Both the position numbers and the translations under genes were made by a program. The notes beneath the pieces were generated by a model. The model did no database searches. It saw only the letters and a list, made by a program, of their open reading frames with translations, and was not told the origin of the DNA. A stretch of 64,000 bases of DNA from Eledone cirrhosa (lineage: Eukaryota): contig OZ024743.1 in NCBI GenBank assembly GCA_964016885.1, forward strand, positions 69,936,001 to 70,000,000. The letters run 5' to 3'. Shown here in pieces: positions 13,037-26,240 of this stretch (position 1 is its first letter; each line of letters opens with the position of its first letter).

Positions 13037-15290
13037 TATTCGACTGGTTTTTCTATTTGACTGGTATTTCTTTTGACTGGTGTTTCTATTTGACAGGTGT
13101 TTCTATTTGACTGGTATTTCTATTCGACTGGTATTTCTATTCGACTGGTGTTACTATTTGACTGGTATTTCTATTTGACTGGTATTTCTATTCGACTGGT
13201 ATTTCTATTCGACTGGTGTTACTATTTGACTGGTATGTCTATTTGACTGGTATTTCTATTCGACTGGTATTTCTATTCGACTGGTGTTACTATTTGACTG
13301 GTATTTCTATTTGACTGGTATTTCTATTCGACTGGTATTGATATTCGACTGGTGTTACTATTTGACTGGTATGTCTATTTGACTGGTATTTCTATTTGAC
13401 TGGTATTTCTATTCGACTGGTATGTCTATTTGACTGGTATTTCTATTTGACTGGTATTTCTATTTGACTGGTATTTCTATTTGACTGGTATTTCTATTTG
13501 ACTGGTATTTCTATTCGACTGGTGTTACTATTTGACTGGTATGTCTATTTGACTGGTATTTCTATTTGACTGGTATTTCCATTTGACATGTGTTTCTATT
13601 CGACTGGTGTTTCTAATTGACTGGTGTTTCTATTTGACTGGTGTTTCTATTTGACTGGTGTTTCTATTTGACATGTATTTCTATTTGACGAATGTTTCTA
13701 TTTGACTGTTATTTCTATTTGACTGGTATTTCTATTTGACATGTGTTTCTATTTGACTGGTATTTCTATTTGACTGGTATTTCTATTTGACTGGTATTTC
13801 TATTGACTGGTATTCCTATTTCACACGTGTTTCTATTTGACTGGTATTTCTATTCGACTGGTATTTCTATTTGACATGTGTTTCTATTTGACTGGTATTT
13901 CTATTTGACTGGTATTTCTATTTGACTGGTATTTCTATTGACTGGTATTCCTATTTCACACGTGTTTCTATTCGACTGGTATTTCCATTTGACATGTGTT
14001 TCTATTCGACTGGTGTTTCTAATTGACTGGTGTTTCTATTTGACTGGTATTTCTATTTGACTGGTATTTCTATTCGACTGGTATTTCCATTTGACAAGTG
14101 TTTCTATTCGACTGGTGTTTCTATTTGACTGGTATTTCTATTTGACTGGTATTTCTATTTGACTGGTATTTCTATTCGACTGCTATTTCCATTTGACATG
14201 TGTTTCTATTTAACTGGTGTTTCTAATTGACATGTATTTCTATTTGACGTATGTTTCTATTTGACTGGTATTTCTATTTGACTGGTATTTCTATTTGACA
14301 TGTGTTTCTATTTGACTGGTATTTCTACTTGACTGGTATTACTTTTCACTAGTATTCCTATTTCACACCTGTTTCTATTTGACTGGTATTTCTATTTAAC
14401 TGGTATTTCTATTTGACATGTGTTTCTATTTGACTGGTATTTCTATTCGACTGCTATTTCCATTTGACATGTGTTTCTATTTAACTGGTGTTTCTAATTG
14501 ACATGTATTTCTATTTGACGTACGTTTCTATTTGACTGGTATTTCTATTTGACTGGTATTTCTATTTGACATGTGTTTCTATTTGACTGGTATTTCTATT
14601 TGACTGGTATTTCTATTTGACATGTGTTTCTATTTGACTGGTATTTCTATTTGACTGGTATTTCTTTTGACTGGTATTCCCATTTCACATGTGTTTTTAT
14701 TTGACTGGTATTTCTATTCGACTGGTATTTCTATTTGACATGTGTTTCTATTTGACATGTGTTTCTATTTGACTGGTATTTATATTCGACTGGTGTTTCT
14801 ATTCGACTGGTATTTCTATTTGACTGGTATTACTTTTCACTAGTATTCCTATTTCACACGTGTTTCTATTTGACTGGTATTTCTATTTGACATGTGTTTC
14901 TATTTGACTGGTATTTCTATTTGACTGGTATTTCTTTTGACTGGTATTCCTATTTCACATGTGTTTTTATTTGACTGGTATTTCTATTCGACTGGTATTT
15001 CTATTTGACATGTGTTTCTATTTGACTGGTATTTCTATTCGACTGGTGTTTCTATTCGACTGGTATTTCTATTCGACTGCTATTTCTGTTTGACATGTGT
15101 TTCTATTTGACTGGTGTTCTAATTGACATGCATTTCTATTTGACGTATGTTTCTATTTGACTGTTATTTCTATTTGACTGGTATTTCTATTTGACTGGTA
15201 TTTCTATTTGACTGGTATTTCTTTTGACTGGTGTTTCTATTTGACATGTGTTTCTATTTGACTGGTGTTTCTATTTGACTGGTATTTCAT
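13037..15290. repeat. 17-bp minisatellite (ctatttgactggtattt)n, about 130 units
   Basis: Period 17 (e.g. 13443, 13460, 13477). A 68-bp higher-order variant recurs at 13150/13218/13286/13354. Confidence 0.95.
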
Positions 15291-15420
15291 TTTATCGAAA
15301 TCTGAAGAAGGAAAGGTAAATTATACTTTAGTGGATTTTAAAATCAGCATCTAAGGATCAAGAACAAATACCGCAATGGGATTTTGGCCGACGATCTAGC
15401 AAACCTATAAATTCACCACA
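15270..15420 (-). mobile_element. Degenerate SINE contiguous with the 17-bp array
   Basis: gactggtatttcattttatcga..gaaaggtaaa.. matches the SINE segment actggtactttattttatcgac..gaaaggcaaa. Confidence 0.6.
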
Positions 15421-15499
15421 CTACAATATTATTATATTAAGAATGAAACGAAATAAATATATTATGTTGATTTAAGATACATGTGCATATTAGTGTGTT

Positions 15500-15544
<45 letters not shown>

Positions 15545-15545
15545 A

Positions 15546-15614
<69 letters not shown>

Positions 15615-15937
15615 AGAAAGAGAGAGAGTAACTTCTACTTCGGGTAATTATGGGAGGTCCTTAAATGTTACTCTATGTATGTATGTATATAACTCTCTAA
15701 GGGAAATGTTTAGCTTCTCAATACACCAGTAAAATTTAACTTTGCGTTTGAGATATGTCTGTCTGTATGTATCTATATATATATATATATATATCCATCT
15801 AGCTATCTATATATTTATCTATCTGTCTATCTACCTATTTTTTTGGTATATATGTCTATGTATCCATCCATGTGCTTCATTCCTGCTTCGCTCATCGTTC
15901 ATCAACATTTCTGCTCACTCTCTTTTGCTCTTGCCAA

Positions 15938-15996
<59 letters not shown>

Positions 15997-16115
15997 AATG
16001 AAGTAATTCCGTCGGAAAAGTCCAGGAAAAAAGAGTGCTCTATGTAGGTAACAGAGCTTAATAGTTATGTAATAACTATGTAATATGTGTGTGTGTGTGT
16101 ATGTATGAGTGTATG

Positions 16116-16214
<99 letters not shown>

Positions 16215-16453
16215 ATGCTTTTGTGTGTGAGTGTGCGTGTTTTTGTGTGTGTGTTTGCATGGGTAGTTTTATTTTATTTTTCCTTTCCTTCTTCCTTCTC
16301 CAGCCTCACTTTCATATAGATTGCATTTTTGTTTTTAAAATCCAAATTCAATAAACAGACCAGGATTTTTTCATCCTGAGGATTGAAAGCAAAATCTTTT
16401 GCTTTTAAGAAACCACTGGTAAATGGAATAATTGCCTTATGTTGTTTATTACA

Positions 16454-16565
<112 letters not shown>

Positions 16566-16887
16566 CACACATATATACATATGCATAATGTACCTTTTGA
16601 TTTTCCATTGCAACTTTAATGTTGGTAAAGGTATAATTATATTATATTACATTATATTATATATGATTCCTGATCTATATAACCACCTTTGTCTAGCTCT
16701 AGGTTTTTTTTGCTTTGGACTATATTTGTAATATGGTTCTTAATGTCACATACATCCTTAGTAATTTTCATTATATATTTTTATTATTTTTATTATATAT
16801 TTTTGCAATACTTTAGTATATGTACACTCCATATTCTTCGGAGCTTCTGGCTTGTATCTGCCGTTATTACTTCTTGTTGATTGAATT

Positions 16888-16925
16888 GCCCTGATAAGTC
16901 CTTAATAGGACGAAACATTGTCGGC
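16888..16925 (+). ncRNA. Minimal hammerhead, core mutated (CTGATAA)
   Basis: gcc-CTGATAA-gtcct-taat-aggac-GAAAC-att-GTC-ggc. Inverted paralog of 19973-20010. Confidence 0.65.
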
Positions 16926-16970
16926 TAATAAAGACTTTTGATGTATTGAAGGCTTCTTTGTTTTACTCTC

Positions 16971-17015
<45 letters not shown>

Positions 17016-17438
17016 ATATATACTTGTGTGTGGTGGGTGTGTGTGTATGTGTTGCTGTCGAAAGGACAAGAGGGTAAGCCGTCTGGTCCCATTTATTTTT
17101 AATATTCCAAATATATATATATACATATATATTTATATATATAAAAGTAAGTCCAAAAAATCATTAGCTAAAATATATACAGTATTTCTTCTCCCAATCA
17201 GTATAAATCACCACACAAAAAATCATTTAAACGAGGCTATAAGTTTAAAATCTACTTATGAATAAATAATAGACAAATGATTTAGCTTTTTATCCACGAC
17301 GTACAGCTACAAAATATTTACCTAATATTTCTATTAGCCTGTAGAAATTGACTAGACATATAGTTAACTACACGTAATTAGGTACAAAATAGAAGTTAGA
17401 AGAAAAAATGTACATACACTTTACCAAAATTCTTCATA

Positions 17439-17523
17439 ATCTCTACCACCCGGCAGTTTCGTTCACTCTTTAGATATATCCAGTCTTGGATAAATCAACG
17501 AGGTTTTGAACTCACCAGGAGAT
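17439..17523 (-). ncRNA. Hammerhead with variant core CTGGTGA
   Basis: atctc-CTGGTGA-gttc..gaac-GAAAC-tgccgggtg-GTA-gagat. All three stems pair. Confidence 0.6.
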
Positions 17524-17740
17524 AACTCAGTTGGAAAAGATATTTCTACCATGATCCCCGCCAGAAACGAATTCAAAATGGCTAAGAATCATCACGTGGC
17601 CAGTGGTAAAGGCAGAAAGTTTGTGATTGTTACCTGTCGGTGAGTAGGCTGGTTGCTAGAAAGCGCAGCCGAATACTGCCTAAAGTATTACTCAACCTTA
17701 CGGGAGTATATAAAAATTTAAAGGGTAATCATATATATAA

Positions 17741-17780
<40 letters not shown>

Positions 17781-17841
17781 TTATAATATGAGAGACGTAA
17801 AATAAGAAAATTATAAAATTAACTTACTTACTAAAATTTCG

Positions 17842-17921
17842 CTCCCAACTAATTAGTTTCTGAAAGGGAATAAATATACTTTCCGAAGAAAATATAGAGA
17901 AGCTTTTCGTCGTCAGGGAAG
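17842..17921 (-). ncRNA. Hammerhead candidate (GUU triplet)
   Basis: cttcc-CTGACGA-cgaaaag..ctttca-GAAACT-aatt-AGTT-gggag. Confidence 0.55.
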
Positions 17922-18664
17922 TCTATTTTCAGCTAAGTTTCCAGGCAAAGCGTGGACTCTGGGAACTTATACAAATATAATTCAGTGGATAGAAAATAGC
18001 AAAGCGTGGACTGAATTCCTAGCCATTGAGAAAATCACTGCCTACTGCGTCGGTGGCAAATTCAAAAAGAATCAATCACGTGACATCGAGGTCAATCAGT
18101 GGAAAGTGGTTTGTTAAGAAGACAGCAGCCTGCCTGCTACCATAGCAGCAGTTTTGGCCAATATTGCTCGACAAATAATTTGGAGATAATTATATAGAAT
18201 TAATATATCTAGTAACATATATATACACACAGATGCATACCAATGCTAGCAAATACATAGGTTTTGTCTTAGTAACTTTGTGGTTCAATGCATGGGGTTG
18301 CAGAACAATAATATGAGAGACGTAAAATAAAAAAATTATAAAATTAACTTACTTACTAAAATTTCACTCCCAACTAATTAGTTTCTGAACCTATGTATTT
18401 GCTAGCATTGGTATGCATCTGTGTGTATATATATGTTACTAGATATATTAATTCTTTATATATATATATATATATATAACAAAGGAAGTGTGGTAAGGAA
18501 ACAGATGGACCATAACGCACCAGAGTACTGAAAACTTAGGGTAGTAGAGTGGGTAATAGGAAAATGATTAACTCCAACGGCAGAGCTCACGCCGTTTCGA
18601 CGGCTATTTCCAGAAATAGCCGTCGAAACGGCTTGAGCTCTGCCGTCGTGGTTAAAAATGTTCC

Positions 18665-18718
<54 letters not shown>

Positions 18719-18860
18719 TGTATATATATCGTCTTCCTGCCTTCCTCCGGTTACAACGTTTTTTGAAATATTTACTTCTGCGTTCACAGATTGACATTTT
18801 TAGTTTCCGAAGATCCCGTTACGGATGAATGCACCTATTCTTTGCTTAAACTTTAATCTA

Positions 18861-18939
<79 letters not shown>

Positions 18940-18940
<1 letters not shown>

Positions 18941-19846
18941 TTCGTGGTTAAGACAGCCAGTTTCAAAGACGGTTCAACGTACTGTTAGCGGTAACTCCAC
19001 AAGTTTGTAAGAATCACGCTCAATCTTGGAGTGTAAAGGATAAAAGAGGAAACACAGGTAAGCATTAAAAAAAGGATTTTATCCAGGTATTTACGACCGT
19101 TTCATTGGTAAGTGCAACCTTATATTGCTATACTGCAAATAGCAGCCACTCAATAATAATTGTTGTACACGTCCAAATTTTCAAAATAGTGAATAAGTTA
19201 CTCTTAACAAGTTCTTAATATATAGAGAAAAACATTTTTTGGAATTGTATTTGCTAGTATAGTGAATCAGACAACCAGAAATGGTATTACATCGGAGCGA
19301 CTGGGAATACATTTAAAGCTCGTTGGTATACACACTGTTACGCAATGAAACATTCCCAGCATCGTTATGTAACTACCCTTGCGAACAAGACCTGGCAACT
19401 GAGGGAAAGTAACCATCAATACACCCTGAAGTGGAAAAAATTATCGAACGCACCCCCGTATCGGAGTGGTATGAGAAGCTGTCGAATATGTGACCTTGAG
19501 CTGTTCCACATTTTGATTTCGAAGAATAAGTTACACAACAATAAAATCGAAAGATCGATTTATTATAACCATAGACTCAAAGAAAATTTTCGCACTACAA
19601 GTGCAAATCGGACCCTTAACCTCTTACTACCACCTGACAAACTGCAAATACTTAGACTTTCAACCCTCTTATTGTATACAACCCCTTTAATTACTCACAA
19701 AAACCAATACCTACATCCCTCCTTTCTCCTTCATTCCTTTTCTATTTCTTTTCCTTTTCTTCCTTTCTTCTCTCTCCTTTTTTTGATGTCTTATTTTCTT
19801 CTTCCCCCCCCCCCTTCTTTATTTTATTTATTTATTTATTTATTAT

Positions 19847-19911
<65 letters not shown>

Positions 19912-20697
19912 GAAATTAAGAAATTAAGAAAGTAAAACAAAGAAGCGTTCAATACATCAAAAGTCTTTATTAGCCGACAATGTTTCGTCCGATTAAGGAC
20001 TCATCAGGGCAATTAAAACAACAAGAAGTAATGTCGGCAGATACAAGCCGGAAGCTCCGAAGAATATGGAGTGTACATACATTATAGTATTACAAGATTT
20101 TTCGGCTCTGTTTAACTACATTGAGCTATACCTTTTACTGTCATTTCTATAATACGAAGAGGGTGTTTAACTCCAACACGCTCCAGTATTTTAACCCTTA
20201 TATATATATATATATATATATTTATTTCTCTCTCTCTCTCTCTCTCTCTCTCCATCCTTCGCACTATAAGCAATTCAATTCGTTTTAACTCACTGCACAC
20301 TAAATCAACGACATCATGTCTACATATATCAAAACTGATCAAAGATTCCTTCCACCTATACCCCTCCCTCCATCTAAGTTTGTCACCCTACTTCCTAATT
20401 CTTCGCCCCCTTCCTCTCTCTCTCTATACTACTCTCTTTGTCCCTCCGCTTTCTAATTCCTCTTCCTCTCTCTCTATACTAGCAAATACAATTCCAAAAA
20501 ATGTTTTTCTCTATATCTTAAGAACTTGTTAAGAGGAACCATTCACTATTTTGAAAATTTGGACGTGTACAACGATTATTATTGAGTGGCTGCTATTGGC
20601 AGTATAGCAATATAAGGTTGCACTTACCAATGAAACGGTCGTAAATACCTGGATAAAATCCTTTTTTTAATGCTTACCTGTGTTTTCTCTTTTATCC
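18940..20697 (+). mobile_element. 5'-truncated PLE with inverted 3'-end copy at its 5' side; GIY-YIG fragment 19263-19600
   Basis: ESDNQKWYYIGATGNTFKARWYTH..TTLANKTWQLRE..CRICDLE, closely similar to the 9463 ORF. 19040-19262 is the reverse complement of 20474-20697. Confidence 0.82.
19973..20010 (-). ncRNA. Canonical minimal type I hammerhead
   Basis: gcc-CTGATGA-gtcc-ttaatc-ggac-GAAAC-att-GTC-ggc. Confidence 0.85.
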
Positions 20698-20732
<35 letters not shown>

Positions 20733-21021
20733 ATACGTATATTTATTATTTATTTATGTTCATACACGGTACAAATGGTCTATATATATATATACATTTT
20801 CGCTCTACAAGGCTGAATACAATAAATGTAATCTGAATTTTTCCGAATATTAATAATAATATTCGATTCATTTGCAATTATGCAAACAAGCCTCATTTTT
20901 AAAGCCATGTCAGTAGAACGAGCCCCACATTCTTGCTTTTGAATTGGCATATGCCAACACAATTGCAAATTGCAAATGAATCGAATATTATTATTAATAT
21001 TCGAAAAACTTAGATTACATT

Positions 21022-21052
<31 letters not shown>

Positions 21053-21385
21053 CGAAGGAAGTGTGGTAAGGAACCAGGTGGACCATAACGCACGAGAGTA
21101 CTCAAAATTTAGGGTAGTAGAGTGGGTAATAGGAAATGTTCACGACTCCGACAGCAGAGCCCAAGAGATAGCCGTCGAAACGGCTAGAATTCTGCCGTCG
21201 GGGTCTTGAACATTTTCATAAATATATATATATATTGAGTATATACTGGTTGTTTACTGACACCTCAGCATGCAGATTGGAGCACTCGAGAAAGTACGCA
21301 GGTTGGTTTGTTTACTCCGGAGTAATGTAAAATAATTAAGTCAAATATGTAAAATTAGGCTTCTTTTATTATAAATTATAGATAT

Positions 21386-21440
21386 ACTGCTATATATATT
21401 TCGGTGACAGTGATTATAGGCTGTGACCTCTTCAGGCAGT
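21386..21440 (-). ncRNA. Minimal type I hammerhead (family B-like)
   Basis: actgc-CTGAAGA-ggtcacag..ctgtcacc-GAAAT-atat-ATA-gcagt. Confidence 0.78.
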
Positions 21441-22479
21441 TCGAATTGGTGTGGGAAAGGACAGGTACACATGTTGTTTAAGTGTGTTTTACTCCGTCAA
21501 TACATCGATATGTCCGGCACCTGGTTGTGTTGCTATTTGTCTGAGGAACTGGAATCATATGTGTTAGAACAAACGAATGTCGGCTCATAGGACACGCTCG
21601 CATACCATTGGTCAGCTGTGAGAACATTCCTCAGTCAAAAGTCTATAGAAATTTTTCTGAGGCAAGACAGTCTGTTGTAGTTGTTTTTGTTTAAGTACAG
21701 CTGACCTCCTCCATTGTGTTGATAGCGGTAGTGGTGTTAAGGGGTCAGCTGGCAGGTCAGCTTTAGTGTGCTGCTGCTATGTTCAAAAGAATTTGTGTGT
21801 CTATGTTGGCATCTATCCTGCCACCATTTCAGGTGGTGGGCTGCCAAACAAATAGAATATTAAAATGCGTGTGTGTTATAACCAATATCTAAATTTGAAA
21901 GATTTGAAAAATATTAACTGAAGTAGAAAACCTGTGTGTCAGAATCGAAAAGTGTAAAGAATTACAATTCTTACACTATCATCGGGTGGTGCGTTTTAAG
22001 AGCAAATGAGATAAAAGTGGAGTGTAAAACACCAAAAACCTGAGTGTCAAAATCCGGAAATTCAAAGGTCTACAGTTCCTATTTCGGCATAAATTACATA
22101 TGCGTGTATGTCAACGTACATCGTTGCAAGCACACACGCACAAACACAGGCTCAGGTGCATTCCATATGTGTGTGTATATATATATATATATACACACAT
22201 ACACACATTATACACACACACATACACACATATATATACAGACATATATATATATATATATATACACAGACACAGACACATACATGTAAGTATCTATGTA
22301 TAATTTTAAACAACAGTATCTATGTATGGACATATGTATAAGTATGTGTTGCTATAGGAGTCGATCGAGGCAGGAGTTGGTGTGGTGACTAGGTAGGGGG
22401 TGGTTTACCTTGGGCTCGGTGTGGCCGGGCTACTGTTCATATAGCTTGAGGGAAGTTCCCATCCTAATGTGTTGTTATT

Positions 22480-22944
22480 GTTGATATTGCTTGAGAAAGG
22501 TCCCGGTCCTGAGGTGTCTACATATAACGAAGAAGTCGGCCCTGAGGTTTATTAGGCTGCTTCCACCGCTGAGTATATCGAAGGTCTCGCTCAGACATAG
22601 TTTGCAGATTCCAGATCCCCCTCTATTAGGTGGTACTTTCCTGATTTTGGACCAGGCCAGAGAGTATAGGATCCTGTCCTGCTTGAGCTTCCAGATCAGT
22701 CGGAAAGAGCCGTACTTTTCCTTTTGTCCTCCCTATTAAAGGAATGGCGATGGTTATACCATCGGTATTTGAAGCTCGTTGTTGTGGCTCCTATGTAAAG
22801 GTGCTCAGAGTTGGGGGTTTTTACTCTACATCCCTATATTAAGTTCTTCCTTAGGCATTCATTACTAAGGAGGCATAATGTGGTGGTTCTGCCGTTTCAG
22901 GAGGTGGTCGACCCCCGAGTGCTTAATGTGGGGTTCCTGTTGTG

Positions 22945-22945
<1 letters not shown>
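22480..22945 (-). pseudogene. PLE GIY-YIG endonuclease fragment (absent from ORF track)
   Basis: Minus strand reads CLLSNECLRKNLI*GCRVKTPNSEHLYIGATTTSFKYRWYNHRHSF...GICKLCLSETFDIL..LIN..CRH. Confidence 0.82.
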
Positions 22946-22981
<36 letters not shown>

Positions 22982-23162
22982 GTGAGGTTTTTTTTACAAA
23001 ATTCAAAATAGCAAGGTGCCCTACACGAGTGAAAGTATAAGGAAAAAAGATGAAAACGAAAATTCAACTGGCGTCTTTTTTTAAAATATATTTATTTGGT
23101 TCCTTTACCGGTTTAGCAGTTCTTGTGTTTCTCAAAAGTAGAATTGAGATGGAGGGTTTGTG

Positions 23163-23199
<37 letters not shown>

Positions 23200-24265
23200 T
23201 ATATAAAGGATAACAAAATATCGTTATAGTTAATCCAATTAGAGGCTGTGAATACTTCTTATTATGGATAGTTTTAGTGTACGGCGTTGCTTGACTCAAC
23301 AAGAGGTTTACGTAGATGACGAGTTTATGATTTCACTTGTATTCCTATGTAATTTTATCTTGGAGTAATAAAATTGAAAAAGTGGAGAATAACATGGTCA
23401 ACAGTACAAGAAAGGGGATTTATTTGCAGTCTAACAATTGTTTCCCTGATAGAGTTGTCTAAAAATTGCTAAACACTAAAAGGAGTGCCACTCAATTTTA
23501 AATACGATGTTAACTCTATTAGATTTTCGGAAACTGTTAAAAAAATATATATGTAACCGGCAAATTTACAAATTCAAATTACATCATCAATAATAATATT
23601 AATAATAAAGATATAGAGAGAAAGGGAGATAGATACAGTAAAGAAAGAAAGGAAAGGAAGGAGAAAGAAGAAGAAGGAAAAAGAAAAAGAAAAAGAGAAA
23701 GAAGAAGAAAAGGAGAAATTATTATAGAAATATAAAGAGAGGAAGATATATAGAAGAAGATGGTAGATAGAGGAGAGACAAACATAAGTAAAAATAACGT
23801 AGGATAGAAAGAAGAATAGAGGGACAAATAAATGAATAAACGTTAATCTAATATATATTTGTGAAATGGGTGGTGGTTGAAATTCAGTTGTGCACGGTTA
23901 AATTGTGTAAGACGTGGTCGGACTGACATGAAAATGTACACACCTATGTACAAAGTGCCAAGGAAGCAAATAGACTAGGTTTCAAATCTCTAACTTGAAA
24001 AATGTGGTCCCTAGGGGCCACAAACAGTCTATTTACTATCGCTTCCGGTGAGTTATTGGGCGAAACTTGGGCGAAATTCTTTCCTTGCTCACATTTCAAC
24101 CAGGTTTGATGGTCTTTTTTCTCTTGTTCACGATTTCACAGAGTTTATATTCATAGAGATCTGGGACTTGTCTATTTCTACTCACTTTCCGTTGCTTAAA
24201 CTTTTTTGTTGTTACTCTAGCGTCCCCTTTGTTTACGTGTCCCAACGACTTTTTTTAGCCTTTGT

Positions 24266-24340
24266 TCGCACCAACCTGAGGCATATGGCCCTTAAAGCGA
24301 TGAAATGCCGAGGACGGTTGGAGGGTCACTGATGAAGGAC
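24266..24340 (+). ncRNA. Non-circularly permuted hammerhead ribozyme candidate (family 1, copy 2)
   Basis: GGCAT-A (24280-24285)/GAA-ATGCC (24302-24309). TGGCCCT/AGGGTCA then CTGATGA (24329-24335). CCAACC/GGTTGG. Confidence 0.75.
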
Positions 24341-24966
24341 TCACTTTTTCATATGTATCCCATTTGCAACGCTGCAGCTCCATTATTATCATATTTACAC
24401 ATATATTTTTTCCATGCTGCCTTCGTCTGTTTCGTTCCTTGTATCTTAACCACTTCTAGCAGTCTCTCTCTCTGTTAGCCTTCTCCTCAACTTTCACTCA
24501 CTCATTCTCTGTCACTACCTCTCCTCCTCCTCTTTCCTCCTCCTCCTTCAAGTTTGACCTGTGTGTAATTCTTTTCTCGCGCGGTCTTGACCGAGCTGGT
24601 ATGGAATGTTTTTCTCTCTCTCTTTCGTCTGCGACTTCACAAAACTTGCGTTTACCGAATTCGTAGACCAGACCCCTTTATCTTCTTCTTCTTCTTCTTC
24701 TTCTTCTTCTTCTTCTTCTTCTTCTTCCTCTTCTCTCCTTTCTCTCCCCCCCCCCCCCCCGTCAAACTTGGGCGAAATTCTTTCCTTGCTGACATTTCAA
24801 CCAGGTTTGATGGTCTTTTGTCTCTTGTTCACGATTTCACAGAATTTATATTCATAGAGATCTGGGACTTGTCTATTTCTACTCACTTTCCGTTGCTTAA
24901 ACTTGTTTGTTGTTACTCTAGCGTCCCCTTTGTTTACGTGTCCCAACGACTTTTTTTAGCCGTTGT

Positions 24967-25041
24967 TCGCACCAACCTGAGGCATATGGCCCTTAAAGCG
25001 ATGAAATGCCGAGGACGGTTGGAGGGTCACTGATGAAGGAC
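24967..25041 (+). ncRNA. Non-circularly permuted hammerhead ribozyme candidate (family 1, copy 3)
   Basis: Same motif as 24266-24340, 701 bp downstream. CTGATGA at 25030-25036. Confidence 0.75.
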
Positions 25042-25047
25042 TCACTT

Positions 25048-25146
<99 letters not shown>

Positions 25147-25587
25147 GAAAGAGAAATCGATGTATCTAGTGACTACCGTCTATCGATAAATTTCATTGAA
25201 ATACTCATAACCTTCCAATAATAATAATAATGATATTAATAGGAGCATCAATGCGCCCGGAAGTAAGCGTTTGAAAAGAAACTTCCTGTCAAATTAATCT
25301 TTCCTGAAATTACCGGAAATCAGTATTCTTAATCTCGCTTTTGTAGACATGGACTCTTGTATATAGTGACGTAACAGTCATTTCTTTTACAAACAGACTG
25401 ATGTACATGTGCACATACATATTACCACACACGCACATACATATTGCTACACACACACATACATATTACCACACATACATATATGCATATATAAATATAT
25501 AGTTTTATTGCATTCAAGTACATATATGTATATGGTCGAATTTCATCTAATTGTTATAGATGCAACATGAACATACGGACACAACTA

Positions 25588-25883
<296 letters not shown>

Positions 25884-26039
25884 TATTTTCCGTTGTGTTG
25901 TAATATAAATATTACACACAGTAGATTATCAGCTCACGTAGAGTTTGCTCGACGGTTCCAGTTGTAGTTCCAAAAGTAATCCGGAGAAAAATAGAAAGAT
26001 TTGAATGGATACAGTTTAGTTGAAAGGAATTTATTGACA

Positions 26040-26240
26040 CGTGTTACCCTAAAATGGGAAAAATTAGCTAAAACCCAAAGCTTTTCCAGGAGCCAAAATT
26101 TCTGCAAATTGTGTAATCTTGAGATTTATTACATAATCACACACAAGAAGAAACTGCTGAATAACAGAATTGAACGAACATTATTCTGCCGTCACAGAAC
26201 TAAAACCCTTTTTTCCCACTACAAGCCGAATATTACATAA
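26040..26240 (+). pseudogene. PLE ORF extreme C-terminus
   Basis: TLKWEKLAK..FCKLCNLEIYYII..LLNNRIERTLFCRHRTK. Followed by a decayed HHR-like motif (26353-26410). Confidence 0.82.

Larger units (their letters stand above)
24062..25055 (+). mobile_element. Retrozyme-like element family 1, 1.4 tandem units (period 701 bp)
   Basis: Near-identical direct repeat of about 290 bp at 24062-24354 and 24763-25055, each holding the permuted HHR. The spacer is homologous to 8800-9110. Ends in (TA)n. Confidence 0.75.

Noticed and set aside
13037-15290. CRISPR-like array
   Set aside because: Contiguous 17-bp units without unique spacers, no cas genes, eukaryotic context.
24048-25033. Duplicated 94-aa and 148-aa ORFs ending RTNLRHMALKAMKCRGRLEGH
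   Set aside because: They come from the direct repeat. The diverged copy at 9.2 kb conserves base-pairing rather than the reading frame.
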